A DNA stretch of 64,000 nt. Source: Pseudomonadota bacterium. GTDB taxonomy: Bacteria; Chloroflexota; UBA5177; JAJPKF01. The stretch is taken from positions 130,747-194,746 of the forward strand of contig JAJPKF010000019.1 in assembly GCA_021323865.1 (NCBI GenBank). Reading direction: 5' to 3'. The translations under genes were made by a program, and so were the position numbers. The stretch's first letter is position 1; every line of letters begins with the position of its first letter. Shown piece after piece: positions 10,392 through 19,980 of the stretch. Below the pieces are notes generated by a model, which saw only the letters and a program-made list of their open reading frames with translations, did no database searches and was not told the origin of the DNA.

Positions 10392-11156
10392 TCACGGGGC
10401 AGCCGGGGACCTATCGTATGGCCGAACGTCGAGATAGCTCATGAGCCGGCGGGCATTGAAGATCGCGTGCCCCTCCGGATCGTTGTTGAAGTAGATCCAC
10501 ACATTGATCCCCGTAGCCAGCACTCGCTCGATTTCCCGCGACCAGTGCCGGAGCTGTTCCTCGGTATACGAACCGCGGTCCTGGCCCTGGTGAAAACGGA
10601 TGTACGTCCACTTCGTCGTCAGCTCGAGCGTTCCGGGTCGCTTGACGCTATCGGCGACACATAGGGCGACGTTGCGCTCCCGCAGCAAGCACCTGACCGG
10701 CTCCACGAACCAACTGTCATGGCGAAACTCCAGGGCATGATCGTAGTCCTTGGGTAGGACATCGAGAAAGGCGGCCAGGCGATCGTCGTCTCGCGACAGC
10801 CTGGGCGGCAACTGCCAGAGGATGGGACCCGTATGCTGCCGGAGGGAAGCAGCCCGATCGAAGAAGAGTTTCACGTGAGGTTCGGCATCATGGAGCTGCT
10901 TCAGGTGAGTCACATACCGGCTGCCCTTGAGGGCGAAGTCGAACCCGGGACGCGCCCTCTGGTTCCAGGAAGCGAATGTCTGAGCTGTGGGCAGCCGGTA
11001 GAAGGTGAAGTTGATTTCCACCGTGTCGAACGTGTCCGCATACACGTCGAGCCACTGACGTTGGGCCACGTTCGGAGGGTAGAAGAGCTGTTTCCAGTGT
11101 TTGTAGATCCAGCCGGATGTGCCGATCCGGGCCTTGCCCCACCCTGTCGGACTCAT
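10392..11156 (-). CDS. DUF72 (YecE-like) family protein
   Basis: 254 aa; 'IGTSGWIYKHW' N-terminus and FYRLP motifs typical of DUF72. Confidence 0.7.
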   Translation of the reverse strand: MSPTGWGKARIGTSGWIYKHWKQLFYPPNVAQRQWLDVYADTFDTVEINFTFYRLPTAQTFASWNQRARPGFDFALKGSRYVTHLKQLHDAEPHVKLFFDRAASLRQHTGPILWQLPPRLSRDDDRLAAFLDVLPKDYDHALEFRHDSWFVEPVRCLLRERNVALCVADSVKRPGTLELTTKWTYIRFHQGQDRGSYTEEQLRHWSREIERVLATGINVWIYFNNDPEGHAIFNARRLMSYLDVRPYDRSPAAP

Positions 11157-11251
11157 GTCAACTCCATGCTAGTGACGCAGCGTCCGCCGAGCAGGCTAGC
11201 ATCGAAGTGACTGTTCGTCTACTCGAGACGCTCGGCCGGAGGAGCAAATCG

Positions 11252-11716
11252 ATGACTCGCGCCACCTCGCGCCGCCAAACCTCACTGCGTGAAGCCGACT
11301 ATCGTGACCAGGCCGACTTCCGTTACGCGCTCCGGCGCTTCTTTCGTTTCTCCGAGCTCCACGCACGAGGCTCGGGCATCACACCGCAGCAGCACATGCT
11401 GCTTCTCATGGTTCGTGGCCATCCTGCCTATCCGCAGGTCACGATTGGGGACATTGCGGAACGGATGCAGATTCGTCACCACAGCGCATCGCTACTGGTT
11501 GAGCGTTCCCTGAAACGCGGGTTGATCGAGCGCAAGCACGACACCGTCGATCGGCGCCGGGCGTTGGTTTCTCTTACATCGGAGGGTCAGCGCATCCTCG
11601 ACAAGATTACCCGGGCAAATCGCCGTGTTCTCGGGTCGCTCGAGGACACCCTGTTCAAAAGCTCTTTCATCGAGGCCCTGCGCAACGATGAGCAGAGCCC
11701 CGATGAGCCCATCTAA
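11252..11716 (+). CDS. MarR family transcriptional regulator
   Basis: ATG at 11252 (MTRATSRR...); winged-HTH MarR-like 'ITPQQHMLLLMV...IGDIAERMQIRHHSASLLVERSLKRGLIER...RRALVSLTSEG'; divergent from DUF72 gene. Confidence 0.75.
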   Translation: MTRATSRRQTSLREADYRDQADFRYALRRFFRFSELHARGSGITPQQHMLLLMVRGHPAYPQVTIGDIAERMQIRHHSASLLVERSLKRGLIERKHDTVDRRRALVSLTSEGQRILDKITRANRRVLGSLEDTLFKSSFIEALRNDEQSPDEPI

Positions 11717-12173
11717 GTCCATCGCGACCTCGCCGCTGACTCTCGCCCTGGTCCTGTCGCTGGCGCCGGCATTCACCGCGTGTAGCACGGCCGGCTCATC
11801 CAAGCCGCCCACTGCGTCGCCCACGCCAATTCAGCTCGTTGCGCACGCTACTCACTTTGCCGCTCGCCTGCACGGAGGTTTTCAGGTCAGTGGCCGGCTG
11901 TATCCCTCGCTTCCATACCAGAATCGTCCCAACTCCATCCAGCTGACTGTGCTTCGACATGGCCGCACCCAACGATCGGGCGCGGTTCTCGTGGGTTTGA
12001 GTATGCCCGGCATGCACATGGCGCCTGATCACTCGGTGACACGGTTCTCCGGCGGGCACTTTGCCGGAAGGCTAAGATTGCCGATGTTCGGTATTTACCG
12101 CATGCTGCTGGTCTACCGCACCCTAGGACACACCCAGAGCGGTTCCGTGAGCCTTCCGGTGACTTTCCGCTAG
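11703..12173 (+). CDS. hypothetical lipoprotein (signal peptide with lipobox-like LAPAFTAC)
   Basis: ATG 11703 overlaps MarR stop by 14 nt; 'MSPSKSIATSPLTLALVLSLAPAFTAC' signal; no recognisable domain. Confidence 0.4.
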   Translation: MSPSKSIATSPLTLALVLSLAPAFTACSTAGSSKPPTASPTPIQLVAHATHFAARLHGGFQVSGRLYPSLPYQNRPNSIQLTVLRHGRTQRSGAVLVGLSMPGMHMAPDHSVTRFSGGHFAGRLRLPMFGIYRMLLVYRTLGHTQSGSVSLPVTFR

Positions 12174-12180
12174 CTACAGG

Positions 12181-13623
12181 CTAGTAGCCGGTACCGTTCC
12201 CGGGGGCCTGGACCGGCCCGTCTGCCCCACACTGCAGTCTGGGCAGGAGCAATGGCTTGGCCGCGCGCTGATGGAAGTTAAACATGTGCGACAGGCTGTG
12301 CACCGATCGATCGTAGGTCGTCAGGTGCGGAAGCTTGAAGGTGTCCTCAACAAACTTGAGAACTGAACGGAAGTCGTACTGCGTATGGTCTATGGTGTGC
12401 TGCTTGGCGTAAGGAGAAATTACGATTGTCGGAACCCGCGGACCAAAGAGATAGTTGGTGTGCTGCGGCGTCGGAACATGATCATAAAAGCCCCCGAAGT
12501 CATCCCATGTGAGCACGATGGCGGTGCTCTTCCAGTAGGGAGACCGCATGACGGCGTTGATCTGCTTGGCGACCCAGTTCTGCCCGACACACATGCTGGC
12601 TGGAGGATGATCGCTCTTCGCCAGATCCGCGGTAAGCCAGCTCACGCTCGGCAGCTTGTGATGCGCGACGTCTTCATGGAACTGCGTCGGGAGTGGGACG
12701 TTGGTCTTCCATTGGTTCGAGTAGCGGATATGCCGGATCTCGTCGTAGGTGGACCAGATGTAGCCGAAGGTTCCGGGCGCGGGAGCATAGTACTTCCAGC
12801 TCAAGTGAGCCCGATTGGCCTCGTCGGCGATGGTCTTCTTGTTCCAGCAGGGAACCGTCCACCCGGTCTTGCCGTTGACGTAGGTCTCGACCTTGGTGCT
12901 TCGGGCGGCGTCACACCCCCAGGATCTGAAGACGGTCCGTTTCATGACCGGGTTGTCGATGGTGTTGAAGGCCGATCCCGCGATGGTGACGAGATGATTG
13001 GGGAAGCTCGAGCCCAGCACGGTGGAGAAAAAGTGGTCCGCCAGCGCGAAGTGGCGCGCATACGCCCAATAGTCGGGAATCTCCGCCGCATCGTACTGAG
13101 AGTCGGCCATGTCCTTACCGTTTTGGATGGCGTTGACCACTTGATAGAACTTGTCCATCCTGCCGCCGTCGACGGCGTTCAGTGCCGAGTTCCCGCCGTG
13201 TCCCAGGTCTTGGGGAAGATGATCGGGAGTGAGGCCCATCTTGATGAGCTTGGCGGCGACATGAGCGTACTGAGTTCCGTCGGCTCCGGGAAACCGTCCG
13301 AACAAGTTGTCGAAACTGTGATTCTCGCGAACGATGATCACGATGTGCTTGATCGGAGACCGGAAGGGGGCAACACCGCCGCCGGCCCGTGCCGGCTCAG
13401 CCAGTACCCCTCGCACGCCGTGGCGCGAGCCCTTGTTGCTTGGCGACTTCGAGTGAGATGTCGCAGACGGATGACTGGTCTTGTGCTTGAGCACTCCGCT
13501 GGATTGCGGCCTGGGCGCCGTCAGCAGAATTCCGCCGGCCACCATAAGGCCCATGGCTACCAACGCGGGCACAATGGCCCATCTCTTGAGCAACGAAGTC
13601 AACTCGGTTCTCCCTATCCCCAC
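12181..13623 (-). CDS. phosphoesterase family protein (phospholipase C / AcpA acid phosphatase-like), secreted
   Basis: 480 aa; '[13 protein letters not shown]', '[12 protein letters not shown]' motifs of PF04185 phosphoesterase family; N-terminal signal/TM. Confidence 0.8.
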   Translation of the reverse strand: MGIGRTELTSLLKRWAIVPALVAMGLMVAGGILLTAPRPQSSGVLKHKTSHPSATSHSKSPSNKGSRHGVRGVLAEPARAGGGVAPFRSPIKHIVIIVRENHSFDNLFGRFPGADGTQYAHVAAKLIKMGLTPDHLPQDLGHGGNSALNAVDGGRMDKFYQVVNAIQNGKDMADSQYDAAEIPDYWAYARHFALADHFFSTVLGSSFPNHLVTIAGSAFNTIDNPVMKRTVFRSWGCDAARSTKVETYVNGKTGWTVPCWNKKTIADEANRAHLSWKYYAPAPGTFGYIWSTYDEIRHIRYSNQWKTNVPLPTQFHEDVAHHKLPSVSWLTADLAKSDHPPASMCVGQNWVAKQINAVMRSPYWKSTAIVLTWDDFGGFYDHVPTPQHTNYLFGPRVPTIVISPYAKQHTIDHTQYDFRSVLKFVEDTFKLPHLTTYDRSVHSLSHMFNFHQRAAKPLLLPRLQCGADGPVQAPGNGTGY

Positions 13624-13667
13624 TCAAGGCTACAGTGCCTATAGGTTCAGTGTATTGCCTGATGATG

Positions 13668-13693
13668 AAAAAACCCTTAACGTTTGCTAAGGG
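13668..13693 (-). terminator. rho-independent terminator (minus strand) for 13687..14577 gene
   Basis: minus strand reads CCCTTAGCAAACGTTAAGGG followed by TTTTTT; hairpin overlaps stop codon. Confidence 0.5.
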
Positions 13694-14577
13694 ACCGAAG
13701 ACAATTGCTCAGCGTCGAACCACGCCCGGTCCATTCCCCTCCGACTCGATTCGAGAACGCCACGCAGATCCGACTTCCAAAGCGAGTCCGGGACGTCGCC
13801 CGAGAAGATCTCCACTGAGTACGGTCCCGTGTACCCCGACTCGCGGGTTGCTTGCATCAAGGCGGCCAAGGGAATGGCGCCGTCTCCCGGAATGCGTCGG
13901 TCTTGGAAGGATCTGGGCGTTCTCCAATCGCTGACCTGAACCACAAAGATACGAGAACCCGCCTGCCGGATCCAGGCCTCGACGTCGGCATTTTGCCAAA
14001 CGTTCCAATAATCCAGACAGAGGCCGAAACTCTCGCGGTCGACTCGCTCGATCAGTTCAATCGCCTGTTCGACGGTCCAGATGGCCGATTCGACGTTCAT
14101 GATCGTCGGGTTCAGCGGCTCGAAGGCGATCCGCGCCCCGTGCCGGGCTGCAAAATCCGCCGCTCTTCGATATTCGGAAGCCGCGACCTGCAGAAGCTCT
14201 TCAATGTTTCCGGAGGGCGGTCTGCCGGTGTTGGTAACAAAGGGGACGTTATCGCCCAGCAGGGCGAGTCGTTCGATCGTTCTCTGGAATCGCTCCATCC
14301 GATCTCGAGGTGATTTGGGTTCCGGCTGGGAAAGGCTTGGAAAGAGCGTACGCACGGCGGGCTGAACAGAGCCGACCGCCATGCTGCGCTCGCCGATGAC
14401 GCGGGCAACTTCCCCGGGATGCAGACCGGCGAGCTTGAATTCGCAGACTTCAATCGCGTCAACGCCAATGGCCCCGTACTGGTCCACATCCTGCTCGAAT
14501 GACCACGGCCAGGTTGTGAACTCGCTGACTCCGAAGGGGTACGGGCGGGGCAAGGGCGTATTTGAAGCCTTCTCCAT
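13687..14577 (-). CDS. sugar phosphate isomerase/epimerase (xylose isomerase-like TIM barrel)
   Basis: 296 aa; AP-endonuclease/xylose-isomerase-like TIM barrel pattern (…FEPLN…, …DYWN…). Confidence 0.65.
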   Translation of the reverse strand: MEKASNTPLPRPYPFGVSEFTTWPWSFEQDVDQYGAIGVDAIEVCEFKLAGLHPGEVARVIGERSMAVGSVQPAVRTLFPSLSQPEPKSPRDRMERFQRTIERLALLGDNVPFVTNTGRPPSGNIEELLQVAASEYRRAADFAARHGARIAFEPLNPTIMNVESAIWTVEQAIELIERVDRESFGLCLDYWNVWQNADVEAWIRQAGSRIFVVQVSDWRTPRSFQDRRIPGDGAIPLAALMQATRESGYTGPYSVEIFSGDVPDSLWKSDLRGVLESSRRGMDRAWFDAEQLSSVP

Positions 14578-14626
14578 GTCGAGTATCTTGACCGGCAGGA
14601 ACCATACCGTATCACGGAGCGACAGA

Positions 14627-15757
14627 ATGAGCCAGGCAATGAGCGATCAGATGGCGCCAGGAACAACAGGCCCTCCCATCGACCGGGTGGAAGTCGCCGC
14701 GTTCACGGTGCCGACGGACTATCCCGAGGCAGACGGCACGTATTCGTGGGATTCCACCACAATGGTGCTCGTCGAGGCCTACGCGGCTGACATGACAGGG
14801 ATAGGCTACAGCTATGCGGACACGGCCACCGCCGATGTGATTCGGCATCTCTTCGTTCCAATCCTCAAGGGGCGAAACGCTATGGATGTACCGGCCGCGT
14901 GGCTGGCCATGGTGAGGAGCATCCGAAACCTCGGCAGACCAGGAGTGGGGTCGATGGCCGTTTCGGCAGTCGACGGTGCTCTTTGGGACCTAAAGGCCAA
15001 GCTCCTCGACGCTTCGCTTCTTTCCCTACTAGGAGCTTCCAACGATTCGGTGCCGGTGTACGGAAGCGGAGGCTTCACCTCATATCCCGTGGATCGGCTG
15101 CAGAAGCAGCTGGCCGGCTGGGTTGAGGCCGGCATCCAGGCCGTCAAGATGAAGATCGGAACCCATCCCGAGGCCGACGTTGGACGAGTCGGAGCCGCTC
15201 GTGAGGCGATTGGGGATGACGCGCAGCTCTACGTGGATGCGAACGGCGCGTACACCAGAAAGCAGGCGCTGGCCCAAGCGGTCGAGTTTGAGCGTCTTGG
15301 TGTGGTGTGGTTTGAGGAGCCGGTTACCTCGGACGACCTGGAGGGTCTGAGATTGATACGGGATCGTGCTCCTGCCGGAATGAATATCGCCGCCGGCGAG
15401 TACGGCTACGACCTCTGGTATTTCCGGCGCATGCTGGAAGCGGGAGCGGTAGATGTGCTGCAGGCGGACGCGACGCGCTGTGCCGGGATCACCGGATTCT
15501 TGCGCGCCGCGGCATTGACAGAGTCTCGAAGTCTGGATCTATCGGCGCATTGTGCGCCGTCGCTTCATGCCGCCGTCTGCTGCTCCATCAGTCGGCCCTG
15601 GCCGCTGGAGTACTTCCATGACCACGTGCGCATTGAGCATCTCTTCTTTGATGGAGTGATCACCCCGCGGGGTGGCCGGCTGTATCCCGACCGCTCCCGT
15701 CCCGGCTTGGGGTTGGAGCTCAAGCGGCAGGACGTCGAACGTTACCGGGTCGCATGA
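14627..15757 (+). CDS. mandelate racemase/muconate lactonizing enzyme family (enolase superfamily)
   Basis: ATG 14627 with GGAG RBS; 'KMKIG…', 'YVDANGAY', 'WFEEP', 'AAGE' metal-ligand motifs of MR/MLE. Confidence 0.8.
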   Translation: MSQAMSDQMAPGTTGPPIDRVEVAAFTVPTDYPEADGTYSWDSTTMVLVEAYAADMTGIGYSYADTATADVIRHLFVPILKGRNAMDVPAAWLAMVRSIRNLGRPGVGSMAVSAVDGALWDLKAKLLDASLLSLLGASNDSVPVYGSGGFTSYPVDRLQKQLAGWVEAGIQAVKMKIGTHPEADVGRVGAAREAIGDDAQLYVDANGAYTRKQALAQAVEFERLGVVWFEEPVTSDDLEGLRLIRDRAPAGMNIAAGEYGYDLWYFRRMLEAGAVDVLQADATRCAGITGFLRAAALTESRSLDLSAHCAPSLHAAVCCSISRPWPLEYFHDHVRIEHLFFDGVITPRGGRLYPDRSRPGLGLELKRQDVERYRVA

Positions 15758-16962
15758 CTGCTTCCTCTTCCGGTACGGAGCGGCGGGCGCGCATCCTCGA
15801 GGCCTTGCGGGCTGCCCAACTGGACGCCGTGGTGTGCGTTCTGCCCTCGGACGTGCTGCTCCTGTCCGGATACTGGCCGGTTGTGGCAACCTCAGTGGCC
15901 ATCGCAAGCGCGTCGGGTGAAGTTGTCACTCTGGTCCCCCAGGATGAGGCGGAGCTTGCGGAACACGGCTGGGCCAGGACGGAGACCTACGAGCCCGGTT
16001 CATTGAAAGTCCTCACTTCTCCTGAGTCGATGGTGGCGACGCCGCTCAAGCAGGTGCTCGAAAACCTGGGGCTGACTCGTGGCCGGCTGGGAATGGAACA
16101 GCGCACCATCTACGAGGAGTCCTCATACAGCGCCACGTACCGTATGCAAACGGTGATCAAGCCGCTTCTGTCAGAAGTGGTCCCTGAAGCGGTCCTCGAG
16201 CCGGCGGACGCGGTACTTGCGGAGCTTCGTTCGCGCCTGACAGATGATGAAGTGAGGCGGGTCGAGCAGGCCTGCACCATGGCGGAGTCGGCTTATGAGT
16301 TGGGTCGCCGCAGCATCGCCATCGACGCCCTGGAGCCCGACGTTGCCACTGCCGTCAGCGCAGGGTGCGAGCGGGATGGTCTTGCCGATCCGGCAGCCCA
16401 GCGGGCGGGGGCCTTCGTCTGGTGCATGTCCGGGCCCAACTCAGCGGAGGCCGGGGGAGCGTTCGCACGAACCCGGAACCGGCGCTTCCGGTCCGGCGAT
16501 CTGGTCCTGGTGCACTCCAACCCGTACATCGACGGCTACTTTACCGACATCACCCGCACCTACTGCATTGGCCGCCCCAACGACAAAGTTTGCTCCATGT
16601 ACGAGGCCATCTTCGAGGCGCGGGAGGCGGCTTGGGCGGCTATAGACGCCGGCGTCGAGGCGCGGCAGGTAGACGCGGCGGCGCGAACGGTCCTCGACAG
16701 GTGGGGATTCGGTCAGTACTTCACACACGGGGTGGGCCACAACGTCGGTTTTACGGCCATCAGTCCCGACTTTCCACCACGACTGCACCCAGCCTCACCC
16801 GATGTTCTCCAGATCGGCTCGACCTTCAATCTGGAGCCGGCCATTTACATCCCGGGCTTCGGGGGAATCCGCCATTGCGACGTGGTAACGGTCACTAAGC
16901 AGGGACCGCGGCTGCTTACGGCGTTCCACAACGGGCTTGAATCGCTCGTACTCCCGGTCTGA
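15754..16962 (+). CDS. M24 family metallopeptidase (Xaa-Pro aminopeptidase/creatinase-like)
   Basis: 402 aa; creatinase N-domain plus pita-bread fold with 'HGVGHNVG' and 'EP' metal ligands; ATGA overlap with upstream gene. Confidence 0.75.
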   Translation: MTASSSGTERRARILEALRAAQLDAVVCVLPSDVLLLSGYWPVVATSVAIASASGEVVTLVPQDEAELAEHGWARTETYEPGSLKVLTSPESMVATPLKQVLENLGLTRGRLGMEQRTIYEESSYSATYRMQTVIKPLLSEVVPEAVLEPADAVLAELRSRLTDDEVRRVEQACTMAESAYELGRRSIAIDALEPDVATAVSAGCERDGLADPAAQRAGAFVWCMSGPNSAEAGGAFARTRNRRFRSGDLVLVHSNPYIDGYFTDITRTYCIGRPNDKVCSMYEAIFEAREAAWAAIDAGVEARQVDAAARTVLDRWGFGQYFTHGVGHNVGFTAISPDFPPRLHPASPDVLQIGSTFNLEPAIYIPGFGGIRHCDVVTVTKQGPRLLTAFHNGLESLVLPV

Positions 16963-17127
16963 GCCCCGGGCGAGGATGGCGCTCCGGTTGATGATTCGAC
17001 CCTATAGATGATCTCCCGGCATGTCTGACGCTATAAAGGTATGGACTGGCGCGCCGGGCGGAAGGAGGTGCGGGAGAACGTGCGTCCAGTTGTAGGGATT
17101 TTCACCATTTCAGAAGGAGGAGTGAAT

Positions 17128-18138
17128 ATGCATCCAATCGCGTTTACCCGGCGGTTTCTCATCCTGGCCGTAAGCTCGGTTGTTGTAGTCGGCATGGCGA
17201 CCGCCGGCTTCGCATCGGCGGCCGGAGTTTTCTCGCGGCCTGCGGCTCCGACGTCGGCGGCCCACTACACCGTGCTGGTTGGTAATGGTCAGCACGACGA
17301 CTTCGTAAATACCGAATACACGCCGACTCTGCTCAACATCTACGCCGGCGACACGGTTACCTTCAAGGACGCCAACCGGGTGGAACCGCACACGGTGACG
17401 TTCGGGCCGAAGAAGACGATTGCCAAGCTGGCAAAGAACTTCGTGACGCCCATTCCTCACAAGAATGGACCGCCCACCATCAGCCTTACATCCCGGGTGG
17501 TTCGGCCCACCAAATCACACGTCTACGCGGGTGGGTTCGCGAACTCCGGCGTTCTGAGCGCTGAATACCGGCCGATCAGTCACACCTCCTGGACGGTTCG
17601 GTTCACCAAGCCCGGCCGGTACGAATACTGGTGCGTCATCCACTACCCGGCCATGAAGGGCTGGATCGTGGTTCATCCTCGCCCCGGAACCACCAGCACC
17701 TACCACGTCCAGGCGGGAACCTTCGAGCCGGGACGCGCTGTTGCCGATACCTTCTTCCCGGAGAATCTTACGATCCACGTCGGCGACACGGTGGTATGGA
17801 CGTCGTTCTTCCATACCGTCACCTTCGCACCCGCCAAGACCATCCAGGGGCTCCGACATCATCTCGTGTTGACGTCGAAGGGAAAGAACGGGAAGCGCCA
17901 CTATTTCTTCAATCCGGCCGTGGTGTTCCCCAGCAGTCGGAACGGCTGCGGCTCAACGACGCCGTGCATGTATTCGGGAGGTTTCCTCAACGCCGGACTG
18001 CTACAGGGCGGCCCCAAGGGACCGGCGGTCTTCAGGGTAACCTTTACCAAGGCCGGAAAGTTCCACTACGGCTGTCTGATCCATCCCGGCATGGACGGAT
18101 CGATCACGGTCCTTCCGGCCTCTATGCGGCACGCCTGA
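17128..18138 (+). CDS. secreted two-domain cupredoxin (plastocyanin/azurin-like blue copper protein)
   Basis: ATG 17128 preceded by GAAGGAGGAG RBS; signal peptide; two type-1 Cu sites: PHTVTF…YWCVIHYPAMKG and FHTVTF…YGCLIHPGMDG (H, C-x2-H-x2/3-M). Confidence 0.7.
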   Translation: MHPIAFTRRFLILAVSSVVVVGMATAGFASAAGVFSRPAAPTSAAHYTVLVGNGQHDDFVNTEYTPTLLNIYAGDTVTFKDANRVEPHTVTFGPKKTIAKLAKNFVTPIPHKNGPPTISLTSRVVRPTKSHVYAGGFANSGVLSAEYRPISHTSWTVRFTKPGRYEYWCVIHYPAMKGWIVVHPRPGTTSTYHVQAGTFEPGRAVADTFFPENLTIHVGDTVVWTSFFHTVTFAPAKTIQGLRHHLVLTSKGKNGKRHYFFNPAVVFPSSRNGCGSTTPCMYSGGFLNAGLLQGGPKGPAVFRVTFTKAGKFHYGCLIHPGMDGSITVLPASMRHA

Positions 18139-18162
18139 CGGCAGAAAACTCGATAGAAGTTA

Positions 18163-18198
18163 GGGCCGGCTCGCGAGAGCCGGCCCTTCTTTTTTTGT
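18163..18198 (+). terminator. rho-independent terminator
   Basis: GGGCCGGCTCGCGAGAGCCGGCCC hairpin followed by TTCTTTTTTTGTT immediately after cupredoxin stop. Confidence 0.75.
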
Positions 18199-18225
18199 TC
18201 CTCCTGGCAACCCCTCAGGCACGGC

Positions 18226-19980
18226 CTAGCTCTGCCTCGCCGGCCACGGGATGCGTGGAATGCCCCTCTGATACGTTCCGGGTGGTGAAAGGTCGTGCCG
18301 TATGGGTGGCTCCTCAGGCAAGCCGCGAAGCCCCTGAGACAGGCGATCGCTTTGGGCAATGATGTAGTTCGCTGTGCGGGCCGCCAGCGATTGGATCGTC
18401 AGACCCGGGTTGGCCGACCCCTGGGTCGGTAGGATGCTGCCGTCGCAGCAAAAGAGATTTGGAATATCGTGGCTGCATCCGAATCGGTCCACAACCGAGG
18501 TGTCGGGATCGTCACCCATGCGCGCTCCACCGATAAGATGCGCGTACCGCGCCTCCTGGACGACTTCTTCCGCGCCCGCCGCGGACATGATTTCCATGAC
18601 CTTCCGCTTACCGAACTCAATGAGCTTTTTGTCGTTCTCCTTAAGTCCATAGGTAACCTTTGCGACTGGCAGGCCATGACCGTCCCGCTCCTCCGCAATG
18701 GTCACCCGGTTGTCGGCCCACGGGAGGAGCTCGCCAAGTAGGCCGAGCGTCGCCCAATGGTTGTAGTCCATCATTACCTTTCGGAGTCCCCAGCCCCAGG
18801 CTCCCTTGGCCACCATCATTTGCTTGGCAAATGCGATGGGCAGCGGCCCGACCGTCTGCACGGCGAAACCGCGGGCAAAGTCTCGTCGTGGATCGGTCTC
18901 GTAGAACTCCTCGGTGAGGGCGTGCGCAGGCGGCCCCTTGTAGAGCCGGATGAGCTGCGGAAAACGGCCGAGAATGACATTTCCGGCCTGCACCATCAGG
19001 TACCGACCGACGGTATCACTGCTGTTTGCCAGCCCCTTCTCGTGACCCGGGGATGCTGAATTGAGGAGAAGCCGGGGCGTCTCTATGGCATACCCGGAGA
19101 TTACGACCAGCTTGCACCGCTGGTGGCGCTCGTTTCCGGCCGCGTCGAAGTAGGTTACGCCCGAGACCAGGCCATCCGGTCGGAGGTTGACCCGAGCGGC
19201 CATAGAACGATCGCGGATCTCGGCTCCGCAGGCCACGGCATCGGGCACATGACTGTACAGGGTGCTCTGCTTCGCTCCGACCTTGCAGCCTTGGATACAG
19301 AATCCCCGGTAGATACAGTGCTGGCGGTCTCCGTAGGAGCCGGAAAGAATAGCGACCGGTCCGCCGGCCACGACCGGAATCCCGAGCTTGGTACACCCCT
19401 TAATCAACACATCACCCACGCCGGCACTGGGATGCGGGCCATATGGGTAGCTGTGGGGGTATCCCCAGGGAAAGCGAGCAGGTCCCGCGACGGGCATCTC
19501 TCGCTCCAGCATCTCGTAGTAAGGGCGGATGACGTCGTACCGGAACGGCCAATCGACGCCGACACCGTCCAGTTCATAGATGTGAAAGTCCGAAGGATGA
19601 AATCGAGGCGCGAAAGCGGCCCAATGGACTGAGCCACCACCAACTCCGTGTCCGCTGTTGTTTTCCCCCAGTGTGATGGGGTTGGCGCCGGCAGTGATGC
19701 GAAGGTCGTTCCAGTACAGCTTGTGAGAGCCTGCTTCGTCACTGACCCAGTCGCGCTCGACATCCCAGAAGGGGCCTGACTCAATGCCGACGACGCGTAG
19801 GCCTGCCCGCGAGAGCCTCTGGAGAAGGACGCCACCGGCCGAGCCGACCCCGACGATGCACACATCCACCTCTTCGCTCTCGCGATAGTGCCGCATGGGC
19901 GTCTTCAATCTCTGGACGGGCCCCAGCAGGTGATCGGATGATCGAGGCGGATCGAACCGGCCGAAGATGGGCTCGCGCAT
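18226..19980 (-). CDS. GMC family FAD-dependent oxidoreductase (gluconate 2-dehydrogenase flavoprotein-like)
   Basis: ATG at 19980 overlaps upstream stop (ATGA); 'VCIVGVGSAGG' FAD-binding GxGxxG, GMC C-terminal 'GGARMGDDP…', 'GSANPGLTIQSLA'. Confidence 0.8.
   Translation of the reverse strand: MREPIFGRFDPPRSSDHLLGPVQRLKTPMRHYRESEEVDVCIVGVGSAGGVLLQRLSRAGLRVVGIESGPFWDVERDWVSDEAGSHKLYWNDLRITAGANPITLGENNSGHGVGGGSVHWAAFAPRFHPSDFHIYELDGVGVDWPFRYDVIRPYYEMLEREMPVAGPARFPWGYPHSYPYGPHPSAGVGDVLIKGCTKLGIPVVAGGPVAILSGSYGDRQHCIYRGFCIQGCKVGAKQSTLYSHVPDAVACGAEIRDRSMAARVNLRPDGLVSGVTYFDAAGNERHQRCKLVVISGYAIETPRLLLNSASPGHEKGLANSSDTVGRYLMVQAGNVILGRFPQLIRLYKGPPAHALTEEFYETDPRRDFARGFAVQTVGPLPIAFAKQMMVAKGAWGWGLRKVMMDYNHWATLGLLGELLPWADNRVTIAEERDGHGLPVAKVTYGLKENDKKLIEFGKRKVMEIMSAAGAEEVVQEARYAHLIGGARMGDDPDTSVVDRFGCSHDIPNLFCCDGSILPTQGSANPGLTIQSLAARTANYIIAQSDRLSQGLRGLPEEPPIRHDLSPPGTYQRGIPRIPWPARQS

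Noticed and set aside
12385-13644. 419-aa plus-strand ORF antisense to phosphoesterase gene
   Set aside because: The opposite strand encodes a well-conserved PF04185 protein. This ORF's translation is Arg/Pro/Gly-rich without motifs.
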